Shown here one piece after another: positions 1 to 10,301 of a DNA stretch of 64,000 nucleotides. Position 1 is the stretch's first letter. Each line of letters starts with the position of its first letter. Position numbers and translations under genes: made by a program. The DNA lies in assembly GCA_050331735.1 (NCBI GenBank), contig JBHJGN010000023.1, positions 32,001 through 96,000 of the forward strand, in the 5' to 3' direction. Origin of the DNA: Cyanophyceae cyanobacterium. Lineage in GTDB: Bacteria; Cyanobacteriota; Cyanobacteriia; Cyanobacteriales; JBHJGN01. Under the pieces are notes generated by a model that was not told the DNA's origin, searched no databases, and saw nothing but the letters and a program-made list of their open reading frames with translations.

Positions 1-2
1 AT

Positions 3-200
3 ACGTTGTCGATTGGCGTTGTGGATGTTGCACCAGCGGGAGAAGAAAACGAGCCGCAGCTAATCTCTGGTCTATTGGTTGATGAGGTTCAGCTCGTTCC
101 AGAACCAGCAGCAACTTTTAGCTTACTGCTGCTGGGAGCGGGAACAGTTTGTGGAGTTAAACGCCGCAAAAAAGCAGACAAGACACCTGGAGAAATTTAA
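3..200 (+). CDS. PEP-CTERM sorting-domain protein, 3' part (5' end outside window)
   Basis: Frame open from the window edge; ends VPEP + hydrophobic helix (AATFSLLLLGAGTVCGV) + basic tail KRRKK. Confidence 0.85.
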   Translation, partial: TLSIGVVDVAPAGEENEPQLISGLLVDEVQLVPEPAATFSLLLLGAGTVCGVKRRKKADKTPGEI

Positions 201-210
201 AACAATTGAG

Positions 211-316
211 CTTGCGGGGGCGCGCCGGGGCATAGTTTCGTATAGCCTTCGGTAGGTGACTTCCTGCGGTCGGCGTAGCGCGAAGCGGCTCCGCAGGAGT
301 TGGTCCCCTCCGCAAG
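211..316. repeat. Nested short palindromic repeat cluster (SDR-like)
   Basis: Outer IR CTTGCGG(211-217)/CCGCAAG(310-316) encloses GC-rich mini-hairpins such as GCGAAGCG-GCTCC-GCA-GGAGT. Confidence 0.5.
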
Positions 317-498
317 ACGAAGCGGACAGCTCACAGTGGCGAACTGGTACTTAAAAGCTCTGTGAAGTTTCAGGAGAAGTGTTTGCATCAATTAGTAAAT
401 ACTTCTCATCTTTGCTTCTCGAATAGCTGGCGAGAAAGCGTCTAACTCGTCCCTATTGCCTGTTTTCCTCGACCACCATCAAGGATTAGTTTGTGATC

Positions 499-1491
499 AT
501 GTTCTACCGAATTTTAGCGGCGATCGCTCTGTCACTCCCGCTGAACAGTTTTTTGTTAGCTGCGGCTCAAGAGTTCCCTGGAGAGGACTATCAGCCCCCT
601 CACCCCTTTCAGTCTCAGCCGAGGAGAGCGTTTTTTGAGGAGCCATCTGATCCTAGCATTACCATTCCCGCCTCATCGGCGATCGCCATTACCTTTTGCT
701 CTCAGGTTCAGTTTGACGCCGAAGAGCAAGAATCTTCTTTCCCCACAACGGTTTACCTTGCTCAGCCCATTACAGATGTTGATGGCAATATTCTTGCCCC
801 CATCAACTCTTTGGTCAGTGCGCAAGTAACTCCAACCGATGAAGGAGTCCAGCTCCATGCAGAGGCGTTAGTCATTGGCGGACAGTACATTTCTATTGAG
901 ACTCCGGTTGTCTCTGTTCCCGTTCTTTCTAGAGCCACTGAAGATACGTACTATTCCTCTGGGTATAGCACCAATACCGAACAGCTAGGCGTTGGCTATA
1001 ACGTCGCCAGAAATCTACGAGATTGGCTCGGGCTAGGAGTTTCACAAACTACACAGACCACAACGACCTATGGAACGTCCTACGGAAGTGCTCTAACGGA
1101 AATCGCTGAAGCGTCGGGAGTGATAGATTCCAGCACAGGGTTGTGGCTTGATGCCGGTTTGGCAGTCGCTGAAGCCGTATTTATGGGGATGAATAATCGC
1201 TCTCCCAAAGAAACCAGAGTGACAGAAGTGGCCCAAGGAGTCACCATCGTTTTTCCTCTGCTGGCTCCCGTAGACGTGCCGCCGGTTGCTAAATTAGCGA
1301 CTCAATCGAGCTTTTATCCGGTTAGTCAAACAGCAGAGAGTCCCTGTACCGATGGGGGAGGCGGCTTTGGCGGTCAGCCCTACTACCAAATTAATAACGG
1401 CAGCAATAACTACGGCAATTCTCCTGATGGCGGTAGCTCAGGCTATCGTGGCGCTGGGTATCAGCCTGTTGGCACCGAAAACTACGATTGA
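499..1491 (+). CDS. Secreted hypothetical protein, possibly TrbI/VirB10-like beta fold, Gly/Asn/Tyr-rich tail
   Basis: Signal peptide MFYRILAAIALSLP..AAAQ; segment PTTVYLAQPITDVDGNILAPINSLVSAQV; 330 aa open frame. Confidence 0.6.
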   Translation: MFYRILAAIALSLPLNSFLLAAAQEFPGEDYQPPHPFQSQPRRAFFEEPSDPSITIPASSAIAITFCSQVQFDAEEQESSFPTTVYLAQPITDVDGNILAPINSLVSAQVTPTDEGVQLHAEALVIGGQYISIETPVVSVPVLSRATEDTYYSSGYSTNTEQLGVGYNVARNLRDWLGLGVSQTTQTTTTYGTSYGSALTEIAEASGVIDSSTGLWLDAGLAVAEAVFMGMNNRSPKETRVTEVAQGVTIVFPLLAPVDVPPVAKLATQSSFYPVSQTAESPCTDGGGGFGGQPYYQINNGSNNYGNSPDGGSSGYRGAGYQPVGTENYD

Positions 1492-1734
1492 TGGCTGCTC
1501 CTTATTGTTCAATTCCATTCAGGTTAGTTCAACCACCATCACGATCTATGAGCTGAACGAGACTGGACGGGTGGTCATTTTAAAGAGAACTAACCTGACT
1601 CAGGAGCCAATTGCTCGTCTGCACCTCAAGCACCCGCTTCCTTACGACCTCCAGGGATGCTTTGCACCAGACATCTTTTAGGGGACGGGGAAAGGGAAGT
1701 GCCTCCGGTACGGGAAAAGATTGATGAGGCTGAA

Positions 1735-1759
1735 AGCTAAGAGCTAATAGCTCTTAGCT
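1735..1759. terminator. Hairpin between convergent genes
   Basis: Perfect 11-bp IR AGCTAAGAGCT-AAT-AGCTCTTAGCT. Confidence 0.5.
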
Positions 1760-1801
1760 GCAAGGCTAAAAACGATCTCCGACTACCCGTGTCGGAAATC
1801 T

Positions 1802-2764
1802 TCAATTCTGAGCGTACTGAAAATCCGTCGGACCGGTATAGCCTGATACTTCTGCTAGCTGATCGAGCGATTGAGTACCGCGATACAGCTCGCCGTTGAT
1901 TTCCCAGGTGGGATAGGATTGAATGCCAGCGCGATCGCAAGCCTCCGGCTGCGGATTCTTGCCTTCTGGCGCACATTCAATATAGTTAACTTTGCCAAAC
2001 GCCTCTTCACCGAAGAGCTGCTTCTGGTCGTAACAGTGAGGACACCAAAAAGCCCCGTACTTCTTCGCTCCAATCGCGGCTAAATGCTCGGCTAAAGCCA
2101 TTTCTGATTCTCCTGACGTCGTCGTAATCTTCCAACCGTCGGGCGGCTGAGGATTGGTCGTTACTAGCGGAATCTGTGTCCGGCCACCGGCAGTGACGGA
2201 ACCATTGAGCGAGTACACTCCCAAGGTTCCAACCAGCGTTAATACCGCGACAATCGCACCTGTAAATAGAATTTGACCAACATCTTCCCAATCCCGTCCG
2301 CGCACCGTCAACACCAACAGCGTCAGAGCAAAGAGTGCTGAACCGATACAGTAGATGCAGAGAGTCTGTAGCTCAAAAGCGAGCACGTACATTAAGTAGC
2401 CGCTGAAAACGGTCATCGCGGTTGAGCCTGCTAGAAGGAGAAGCCAAGTCCAGTCTTCAAGCTGAGTTCTCAGCTTTTTATTGTCTGGGCTCACTGCCAA
2501 AGGACCGAGAGCAAAAGCAGCCATGCTGGTATACGCTAAACAGCCAAACAGAGACAGAGGCAATCCAAAAACAGTCGCGTACTCACTATTCAAGACGCCA
2601 CCGCAGCCATCCCCAGCAGCCGCCTCAGCGCTACAGGCCACTTGCCCTCCGGTCAGTTTAATAATTGTTAAATAGGCCGTGAGCAGAGCACCAGCAATAG
2701 CGATCGCGCCAATTAGATAGCGGGAGGCGCGGTAAATCCAGGGAAGAGAACGACGGCGGCGCAT
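1802..2764 (-). CDS. Vitamin K epoxide reductase-thioredoxin fusion (VKOR/SynDsbAB type)
   Basis: TM VKOR domain with loop Cys pair and CIYC; C-terminal Trx-like YGAFWCPHC...YPTW. Confidence 0.93.
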   Translation of the reverse strand: MRRRRSLPWIYRASRYLIGAIAIAGALLTAYLTIIKLTGGQVACSAEAAAGDGCGGVLNSEYATVFGLPLSLFGCLAYTSMAAFALGPLAVSPDNKKLRTQLEDWTWLLLLAGSTAMTVFSGYLMYVLAFELQTLCIYCIGSALFALTLLVLTVRGRDWEDVGQILFTGAIVAVLTLVGTLGVYSLNGSVTAGGRTQIPLVTTNPQPPDGWKITTTSGESEMALAEHLAAIGAKKYGAFWCPHCYDQKQLFGEEAFGKVNYIECAPEGKNPQPEACDRAGIQSYPTWEINGELYRGTQSLDQLAEVSGYTGPTDFQYAQN

Positions 2765-2923
2765 AATCTTAATCCTTAGTAGACGCGATCGGGACAGACG
2801 ATTTCGATTTTAGCAAGAAAAAATACGAGTCTAGTGCTTTGCAAATCGCTGATTGTTGATTGATGATTCAACGGTGGACTAACGAGGTCTGTAAAACTCT
2901 ACGAATCGTGAGTTGCGCTCATT

Positions 2924-3775
2924 TTAAGAATGCAGCTTGATTGAGGGAACTGATTGTGCTTTTTTGTGCTTCAATAACGCGCTTTGCTGAGCCGCTTCTA
3001 CAAACTGAGAGACCCGCAGCGGATCGACCGGTTCATTAATTTGTCCGTTTCGCTTGAGAGAACTCGCCACAATCACTCCATCCGCCGCCTGTAGCAGTTG
3101 CGAAATATTATCCCAATTAGCGCCGCTGCCAATGAACACAGGAGTTCCTTGGGCGGCGGTTGAAGCCAGCTCTAAATCTTCTAAACTCGGTGGCGAACCC
3201 GTTGCCCAGCCAGAGAGAATCACAGCATCGGCTAATCCTCGCTCAATGGTATCCTGAACGGCAGTGGTTAAATTAGGCGTTCCTAACGGGCGGGCATGCT
3301 TGACTAATACATCCGCCAGAATGGCAACATCACAGCCCAACTCTCGTCGGTAGCGCAGCAGTTGGTGAGCCTGCCCTTCAATCAATCCCTGATCGGTGGC
3401 CATCACCCCGGTTAATACATTGACTCGCACAAACTGAGCCTCGACGCAAGCGGCGATCGCCAAAGCGCTTTTCGCATCGTTCCGCAGCACGTTTAAACCC
3501 AGTGGCAACACGACCAGATTTTGCAAGCGCTGCACAATGAGCGTCATGGCGCTTACCACCGCCGGATCGACGGCATCTTTCACAAAGGGCGCATCAAAAA
3601 AATTCTCGACGATGATGCCATCAACTCCACCAGCCGCTAGCGCCGTTGCTTCTTGTTCTGCTCGGTCGATGACTGTTTTCAAATTTCCTCCCCAACGAGC
3701 AGAGGTCGGTAGAGGTAACAGATGCACGACCCCAACAATCGGAGTGGCTGTCCCAAAAATTTGCTTTAAATCCAC
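2924..3775 (-). CDS. btpA: Photosystem I biogenesis protein BtpA
   Basis: GVVHLLPLP, ENFFDAPF, NVLRND, ADVLVKHA motifs. Confidence 0.93.
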   Translation of the reverse strand: MDLKQIFGTATPIVGVVHLLPLPTSARWGGNLKTVIDRAEQEATALAAGGVDGIIVENFFDAPFVKDAVDPAVVSAMTLIVQRLQNLVVLPLGLNVLRNDAKSALAIAACVEAQFVRVNVLTGVMATDQGLIEGQAHQLLRYRRELGCDVAILADVLVKHARPLGTPNLTTAVQDTIERGLADAVILSGWATGSPPSLEDLELASTAAQGTPVFIGSGANWDNISQLLQAADGVIVASSLKRNGQINEPVDPLRVSQFVEAAQQSALLKHKKAQSVPSIKLHS

Positions 3776-4028
3776 AGATACCTATCGCACCGCCTTGTGA
3801 AACCGTCTGCACTATTCTAGATAGATTTTATCAAGCCCTCTCGCTTGAGAGAATCAAGTAAGTGACAGCAACCTAAAATATTGAGCCATCGCCGTGCCTA
3901 GCGAAGCTCCTTTGTTTGTCCATGAACCACTAATGACCAAGGATCTCTACCTTTAAGCTTCTACACCTGCTGCTCTAGCAAAAATCTTTTAGTATAGAAG
4001 ACTCTAGCTAACTGTCACTAATCTATAC

Positions 4029-5345
4029 ATGGGCAAACCGACTATTGCTATTTCCCATTTAGGGTGCGAAAAAAATCGCGTGGATTCCGAACATATGCTT
4101 GGCCTGCTGGTAGAGGCAGGATATCAAGTGGATGCTAATGAAGAACTCGCGGATTACGTGATCGTGAACACCTGTAGCTTTATCGGTGCTGCCCGTGAAG
4201 AATCAGTGCGCACTCTCGTTGAGCTAGCAGAAGCCAACAAAAAAATCATTATTTCTGGCTGTTTGGCCCAGCACTTTCAAGGAGAACTGCTGCAAGAGCT
4301 ACCGGAAGCTGTTGCGGTGGTCGGGACCGGAGACTATCACAAAATCGTTGAGGTAGTCCAGCGCTCGGAAACGGGCGAGCGAGTGCAGGAAATTTCCGCT
4401 CACCCCACCTATATCGCTGACGACACCACCCCTCGCTATCGCACCACCACTGAAGGAGTCGCGTATCTGCGAGTTGCCGAAGGCTGCGATTATCGCTGCG
4501 CCTTCTGTATTATTCCCCACTTAAGAGGAAACCAGCGATCGCGCTCCATTGAATCGATTGTGGCCGAAGCTAAACAGCTAGCAGCCCAGGGGGTTCAAGA
4601 GCTGGTGTTAATCTCTCAAATCACCACGAACTACGGCCTGGATTTGTACGGAGAGCCCCAGCTTGCAGAGCTTCTCCAAGAGCTAGGCTACGTCGATATT
4701 CCCTGGATACGCATTCACTACGCTTACCCAACGGGGCTGACGCCGAAAGTGCTAGCTGCCATCCAAGAAACCCCCAACGTACTGCCCTATCTCGATTTAC
4801 CTCTACAGCATTCTCATCCCGACATTCTCAAAGCCATGAACCGCCCCTGGCAGGGACGAGTCAACGACGCCATTATCGAGCGCATCAAAGCAGCGATTCC
4901 GAATGCCGTCCTGCGAACGACCTTTATCGTTGGCTTTCCTGGCGAAACGGACGAACATTTTGAACATTTACTCGAGTTTGTCGAGCGGCATCGGTTCGAC
5001 CATGTCGGCGTATTTACCTTTTCTCCTGAGGAGGAAACCCCGGCCTATACCCTCCCCAATCAAATTCCTGTAGAGGTGGCAGCAGCTCGCCAAGCTCAGC
5101 TCATGCAGCTTCAGCAACCAATCGCTGCGGCCAAGAACCAAGAATGCATTGGTCAGATCGTTGATGTGCTCGTGGAGCAGGAGAATCCACAAACAAATGA
5201 GCTGATTGGCCGCTCAGCTCGCTTCGCTCCCGAAGTAGATGGGTTAATATATGTTAAGGGAGAAGCGACGTTAGGGACCATTGTTCCGGTCAAAATCACG
5301 GACGCAGATATTTACGACCTCACGGGGCAAGTGATATTGAGCTAA
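4029..5345 (+). CDS. rimO: Ribosomal protein S12 methylthiotransferase RimO
   Basis: [17 protein letters not shown], radical [17 protein letters not shown] domain with APEVDG. Confidence 0.96.
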   Translation: MGKPTIAISHLGCEKNRVDSEHMLGLLVEAGYQVDANEELADYVIVNTCSFIGAAREESVRTLVELAEANKKIIISGCLAQHFQGELLQELPEAVAVVGTGDYHKIVEVVQRSETGERVQEISAHPTYIADDTTPRYRTTTEGVAYLRVAEGCDYRCAFCIIPHLRGNQRSRSIESIVAEAKQLAAQGVQELVLISQITTNYGLDLYGEPQLAELLQELGYVDIPWIRIHYAYPTGLTPKVLAAIQETPNVLPYLDLPLQHSHPDILKAMNRPWQGRVNDAIIERIKAAIPNAVLRTTFIVGFPGETDEHFEHLLEFVERHRFDHVGVFTFSPEEETPAYTLPNQIPVEVAAARQAQLMQLQQPIAAAKNQECIGQIVDVLVEQENPQTNELIGRSARFAPEVDGLIYVKGEATLGTIVPVKITDADIYDLTGQVILS

Positions 5346-5513
5346 CCTAATCAGCGGTGTGCTGACCCTATAAGGCACACGACGCTTGCAGATGGACAAA
5401 CGAGTTTAGGTTTGTTGCTGAATCCATTGGTCAGCTTTTCTCAAAACAATGGTAAAAATAAGTTAAGTTTCTTAAACAAAAAACAAGTATACGTACACAC
5501 TACCTCTTAATCT

Positions 5514-6929
5514 ATGACCATTTCTTTTAAAACTATCGGTCTATCCGAAGCTCGTGCCGCTCAATTAGAAAGTTTGGGCTTTGTTACCCCAACAACCATT
5601 CAAGCCCAGGCGATTCCGCAATTTCTCTCCGGACGAGATGTAGTCGGCCAGTCCCAGACCGGAACCGGAAAAACGGCAGCTTACTCCTTGCCAATTCTAG
5701 AGATGATCGATCCGCAGGTATCGGCAGTGCAGGCTCTCATCCTGGCTCCGACACGAGAGCTTGCCCAGCAGGTGACGCAAGCCATTAAAGAATTTGCGGT
5801 AGACCGTCGCGTGAGAATCTTAACCATCTGTGGCGGACAGTCCTTTGACCGCCAAATTCGCTCTCTAGAGCGGGGAGTGCAAATTGTGGTAGGAACTCCT
5901 GGACGAGTCATTGACCTGCTAGAGCGTCGCAAGCTGGTGCTCGATCGAGCACAGTTCATGGTGTTGGATGAAGCCGACGAAATGCTGAGCATGGGCTTTA
6001 TCGACGATGTGAAAAAAATTCTCAAGCAGGCTCCCGAAGAGCGGCAAACCGCCTGTTTCTCGGCAACGATGCCCAAGGCCATCCGCGAATTAGTGGCAGA
6101 ATTCTTAAACGATCCCGTCACCGTGAGCGTTGAGCAGTCTCAATCGGCGCCCGCTAAAATCGATCAGCATGTTTACATGGTTCCCCGTCGCTGGTCAAAG
6201 CTCCAGGTTCTTCAGCCGATTCTAGAAATTGAAGCGCCGCAGTCGGCGATCATTTTTGTCCGCACGAAGCGCACCGCCGCTGAACTCACTAGTAAAATTC
6301 AGGAAGCGGGACAAAGCATCGATGAGTATCACGGCAACCTCAGTCAGTCTCAGCGAGAGCGACTGGTCCAGCGATTCCGCGACGGCAAAATTCGCTTTGT
6401 AGTAGCAACCGATATTGCGGCTAGGGGCTTGGACGTAGAGCAGGTAACCCACGTGATCAATTACGACCTGCCAGACAATACAGAAACCTATATTCACCGC
6501 ATCGGTCGCACCGGACGGGCCGGCAGAACGGGCACGGCGATTTCTTTAGTGGAATGGCGAGAGCGGGGAATGCTGCGCCAAATCGAGCGCCGAGTCAAGC
6601 AAAAGCTAGAAGTGAGCAAGATTCCCACCAGAGCCGAGGTCGAAGCAACTCGCCTCAAGAATCTCCAGACTCAGATTCAGGAGACGCTAGCTGGAGAACG
6701 GATGGCGTCGTTCCTGCCCCTAGTTAGGGAACTCAGTGATGAGTACGATCCCCATGCGATCGCCGCTGCCGCTCTTCAAATGGTTTACGACCAAAACTGT
6801 CCGCAGTGGATGAAGACGGATTGGGAAGTTCCCACTTCCAGTGCACCCAAGCCTGTCCTCAAGCGGGGCCGCAAGAAAGGTCGAACCACTAGAAAAGAAG
6901 AAGTGGGCGCAACGGGAAATCGAGAGTAA
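5514..6929 (+). CDS. crhR: DEAD-box RNA helicase CrhR
   Basis: QTGTGKT, PTRELA, DEAD, SAT, HRIGRTGRAG; cyanobacterial CrhR C-terminal segment; follows rimO. Confidence 0.92.
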   Translation: MTISFKTIGLSEARAAQLESLGFVTPTTIQAQAIPQFLSGRDVVGQSQTGTGKTAAYSLPILEMIDPQVSAVQALILAPTRELAQQVTQAIKEFAVDRRVRILTICGGQSFDRQIRSLERGVQIVVGTPGRVIDLLERRKLVLDRAQFMVLDEADEMLSMGFIDDVKKILKQAPEERQTACFSATMPKAIRELVAEFLNDPVTVSVEQSQSAPAKIDQHVYMVPRRWSKLQVLQPILEIEAPQSAIIFVRTKRTAAELTSKIQEAGQSIDEYHGNLSQSQRERLVQRFRDGKIRFVVATDIAARGLDVEQVTHVINYDLPDNTETYIHRIGRTGRAGRTGTAISLVEWRERGMLRQIERRVKQKLEVSKIPTRAEVEATRLKNLQTQIQETLAGERMASFLPLVRELSDEYDPHAIAAAALQMVYDQNCPQWMKTDWEVPTSSAPKPVLKRGRKKGRTTRKEEVGATGNRE

Positions 6930-7032
6930 GATAGTGAACGGGTTTTCCACTGCTTAACACTTGTCAATGGAAAACCATTGCTCCTACCCTGATTGCCGTA
7001 AAATAGTCTTAGTCGTTGTCGTCTGCTCGCTT

Positions 7033-8151
7033 GTGATCCCGATTTCTGCTCCTCAACAGGGCCACTCCTCATCTTGGCCTGGATTAATCGAAGCCTATCG
7101 TTCCTATCTCCCAGTCAGCCTCAACACGCCAGTGGTCACTCTTTTAGAAGGAAATACGCCACTGATCCCGGCAAGAGCAATCGCCGCTCTGGTCGGTCGG
7201 GATGTTAAGGTATGGGTCAAATATGATGGCTTAAATCCCACCGGAAGCTTCAAAGACCGGGGCATGACAATGGCCATTTCTAAAGCTAAGGAAGCCGGAG
7301 CCAAGGCCGTAATCTGCGCGAGCACCGGGAATACATCGGCTTCTGCTGCCGCCTACGCTCGCCGCGCTGGCATGCGAGCGTTTGTGATTATTCCAGACGG
7401 CTATGTAGCTCAGGGAAAATTGGCGCAGGCTTTACTTTACGGGGCAGAAATTATCGCCATTCGAGGTAACTTCGACCAGGCACTTACGATTGTGCGGGAG
7501 CTTTCCGAGCGCTACCCCGTGACCCTCGTTAATTCCGTTAATCCCGATCGCCTAGAGGGACAAAAAACGGGCGCTTTTGAAATTGTTGACGCTTTAGGCA
7601 ATGCGCCGGACTGGCTGTGTATTCCGGTAGGCAACGCTGGCAACATTAGCGCTTACTGGATGGGCTTTTGCCAGTATCACCAGCAGCAAAAGTGTGATCG
7701 CCTGCCGCGCATGATGGGGTTTCAAGCCTCCGGAGCCGCTCCGCTGATTAGCGGTCAAGCGATCGCTCATCCAGAGACGCTGGCAACCGCCATTCGCATC
7801 GGCAATCCGGCCAGTTGGGATAAGGCCATCGCCGTTAAAGAGTCGAGTCAGGGCGAGTTCAACGCCGTTACAGACGAGGAAATTCTCGAGGCTTATCGGC
7901 TACTCGCGTCTCAGGAAGGAATTTTCTGCGAACCAGCCAGCGCCGCTTCGGTCGCTGGATTATTAAAGGTTAAACATCAGGTTCCGACTGGAGCCACCAT
8001 CGTCTGCGTCCTGACGGGCAACGGACTCAAAGATCCTAATTGCGCCATCCAACACAGCAGTAACAGTGTCAGTACGGGAATCGCCGCTCGCTCAGAGGCA
8101 GTGGCAGAGATCGCGGGCTTGGCGGAGTCGAGCTGCCTACAGCTCTCCTAG
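7033..8151 (+). CDS. thrC: Threonine synthase
   Basis: [13 protein letters not shown] lysine, ASTGNTS, PVGNAGN; GTG 7033 is a more likely start than 6961. Confidence 0.93.
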   Translation: MIPISAPQQGHSSSWPGLIEAYRSYLPVSLNTPVVTLLEGNTPLIPARAIAALVGRDVKVWVKYDGLNPTGSFKDRGMTMAISKAKEAGAKAVICASTGNTSASAAAYARRAGMRAFVIIPDGYVAQGKLAQALLYGAEIIAIRGNFDQALTIVRELSERYPVTLVNSVNPDRLEGQKTGAFEIVDALGNAPDWLCIPVGNAGNISAYWMGFCQYHQQQKCDRLPRMMGFQASGAAPLISGQAIAHPETLATAIRIGNPASWDKAIAVKESSQGEFNAVTDEEILEAYRLLASQEGIFCEPASAASVAGLLKVKHQVPTGATIVCVLTGNGLKDPNCAIQHSSNSVSTGIAARSEAVAEIAGLAESSCLQLS

Positions 8152-8254
8152 AATTCTCAGCAGGAGAGATACGCTATTCACCCCGATCTCACGAACGGAT
8201 GGAAGGATAAAGAGATGTTATTTATAATTCGTACTTTATCATTCCTCATTCCTT

Positions 8255-9460
8255 ATGGGAGATGCTCGCTTTTTCCAATTCTTTCGCCATCTTAATTTTG
8301 TCACCCTCAGAAGAGCCGTTACTCGTGCTTTTCAACGGCGGCTGGTGGGGCTATCTGCCGAGATGGCCTACAACGCGATGTTGGCTCTGTTTCCGGCCAT
8401 CTTGGCCATCTTGACGGCGATTGGCATGTTTGAGGAATCGATCGCCTCAACGGTTGTCAACTTAACCGGGCAAATTCGAGAAATCGTGCCCGAGCAGGTT
8501 TGGACGCTTTTATTAGAGTTTGTCCAGGGAGTGAGGGTCAATCAGGGAGGCGGATGGTTCTCGATTAGCTTCTTGGCGGCAATTTGGGTATTTTCGGGAG
8601 CCTTAAGTGCCGCGATGAACGCTCTCGACCAAATCCATCAGGTGCCGTCGAAACAAAGACGCCCATTTTGGAAGGCTAAGCTACTGTCTATTGTGCTGGC
8701 GATTGGTACGATTGTGCTGCTGATTGTGGCTTCTTTTCTGGTTTTGCTCGGAGACTTTGCCATTCAGCTAGCGGTTAGTCAAAACTGGAGAGCCTTGCTG
8801 TTACGAGTTTGGCAGCTTTTGGGAATTGCCGTCATTGTCGGCACCATGATTGTGTCTGTCACTTTGGCTTTTCGCACCCTGCAAGTACCGTCAAGCCAGC
8901 AGACTTTCTGGAGCAAGGTGCGCTCCATTATCCAAATTACTTTTGTCGGCATTGTTTTTGTGGTGGTGGTTGACTTTGCTCTGGCCTACATCGAAGATTT
9001 AACGACGCAGTCAGAGATCAATCAAACGATCGAGCACGTGCTCGTCAGCGTGTGGCGGTTGTTGAGCTGGCCCGTTGCTCTTGGCATCGTCGCCACCGCC
9101 TTTGCCTTTATCTATCGCTTCGGTCCGAGTCGCTGGCACAATGGCACTCCGATCATGCCCGGAGCAATAATTGCCGCCATCTCTTGGGCCATCGTTTCGG
9201 CAATTTTTCGGCTCTACGTCACTAATTTTGGTCAGTACAATAAGGTCTACGGAGCAGTCGGAGCGGTGATTGTCTTGATGCTGTGGCTATTTATGAGTTC
9301 TTTGGTAATGCTTCTTGGTGACCAGCTTAATGCGACGGTCGGTGAAGCAATGCGTCACAAAAAACAGTCAAGGGAACTGGCAAAGAGACAGAAATTACCA
9401 ACCGAACTGACCCGTACTGGAGATGAGGCGACGGGTGAAGGCAGAGGGAGAAAAATATAA
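8255..9460 (+). CDS. YihY/virulence factor BrkB family membrane protein
   Basis: AEMAYNAMLALFP, FGQYNKVYGAVGAVIVLMLWLF motifs. Confidence 0.88.
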   Translation: MGDARFFQFFRHLNFVTLRRAVTRAFQRRLVGLSAEMAYNAMLALFPAILAILTAIGMFEESIASTVVNLTGQIREIVPEQVWTLLLEFVQGVRVNQGGGWFSISFLAAIWVFSGALSAAMNALDQIHQVPSKQRRPFWKAKLLSIVLAIGTIVLLIVASFLVLLGDFAIQLAVSQNWRALLLRVWQLLGIAVIVGTMIVSVTLAFRTLQVPSSQQTFWSKVRSIIQITFVGIVFVVVVDFALAYIEDLTTQSEINQTIEHVLVSVWRLLSWPVALGIVATAFAFIYRFGPSRWHNGTPIMPGAIIAAISWAIVSAIFRLYVTNFGQYNKVYGAVGAVIVLMLWLFMSSLVMLLGDQLNATVGEAMRHKKQSRELAKRQKLPTELTRTGDEATGEGRGRKI

Positions 9461-9607
9461 GTTGATTGTTTCTAGCGTGGAAACTGGGCCAGAGGTTCAG
9501 GGAAACAAGCTGAGCCGGTTAGCTTATTCTTGTTCTTCTGTCGCGGAGCGACCGATCCTTGGCCCCCTTTTCGGATCTTTAACAGGAATCGAGGGAATTG
9601 AGAGCCA

Positions 9608-10093
9608 ATGACTTCTCAACGAGAGCCAATAAAACGCCAACAGCAGCTTGAGCAGTTGCGATCGCTGAGCTATTTCCTAGACAGCGCTATCCCTATTCCG
9701 GGAACGGACTACCGCGTTGGCCTAGACCCGCTCCTAGGGCTCTTCCCCGGCGTTGGCGACTATCTAGGGACGGCTTTCTCTACCTACATTGTCCTCCAGG
9801 CAGCTCGCCTAGGAGCCTCTAAAGCGACGTTATCTCGCATGGCTCTCAATATTATGCTCGATACGGTGATTGGTAACGTACCGCTGCTGGGAGACTTATT
9901 CGATGCCACTTGGAAAGCCAACCGTAAGAACATAGCGCTGCTAGAAACCCATCTGCGTTCTCCTCTAACCCGCAGCCGAGTAGACTGGTGGTTCTTCGTG
10001 CTGCTTCTGGGCAGTCTGCTGCTGTTTGTGGCGGCGGCTGTTGCCTTGAATCTCTGGCTGTTCGGGCAGCTACTCCAATCCTTTCGTCGTTGA
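9608..10093 (+). CDS. DUF4112 family membrane protein
   Basis: LDSAIPIPGT..GLDPLLGLFPGVGD, VPLLGDLFDATWKAN. Confidence 0.88.
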   Translation: MTSQREPIKRQQQLEQLRSLSYFLDSAIPIPGTDYRVGLDPLLGLFPGVGDYLGTAFSTYIVLQAARLGASKATLSRMALNIMLDTVIGNVPLLGDLFDATWKANRKNIALLETHLRSPLTRSRVDWWFFVLLLGSLLLFVAAAVALNLWLFGQLLQSFRR

Positions 10094-10301
10094 TGGTTGA
10101 TTGGTCATCGATCGTTCATTACACAAACAAAGGGCCTTGCTGCCAATCGTAACGATAGCCTAGACAAAACCCATTCAAACATGAGAATTAACCATCAACG
10201 ATTAACAATCAGCCCTCCTAATCATCACCGATTCAGCAACGTCAAACAAAGGACCAATCAGTAATGCCCTACAATAAACCAGTTAAGTCACACCTATAGA
10301 A

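Noticed and set aside
1519..1598. Retron msr-msd interpretation of the 12-bp inverted repeat
   Set aside because: No reverse transcriptase in the window
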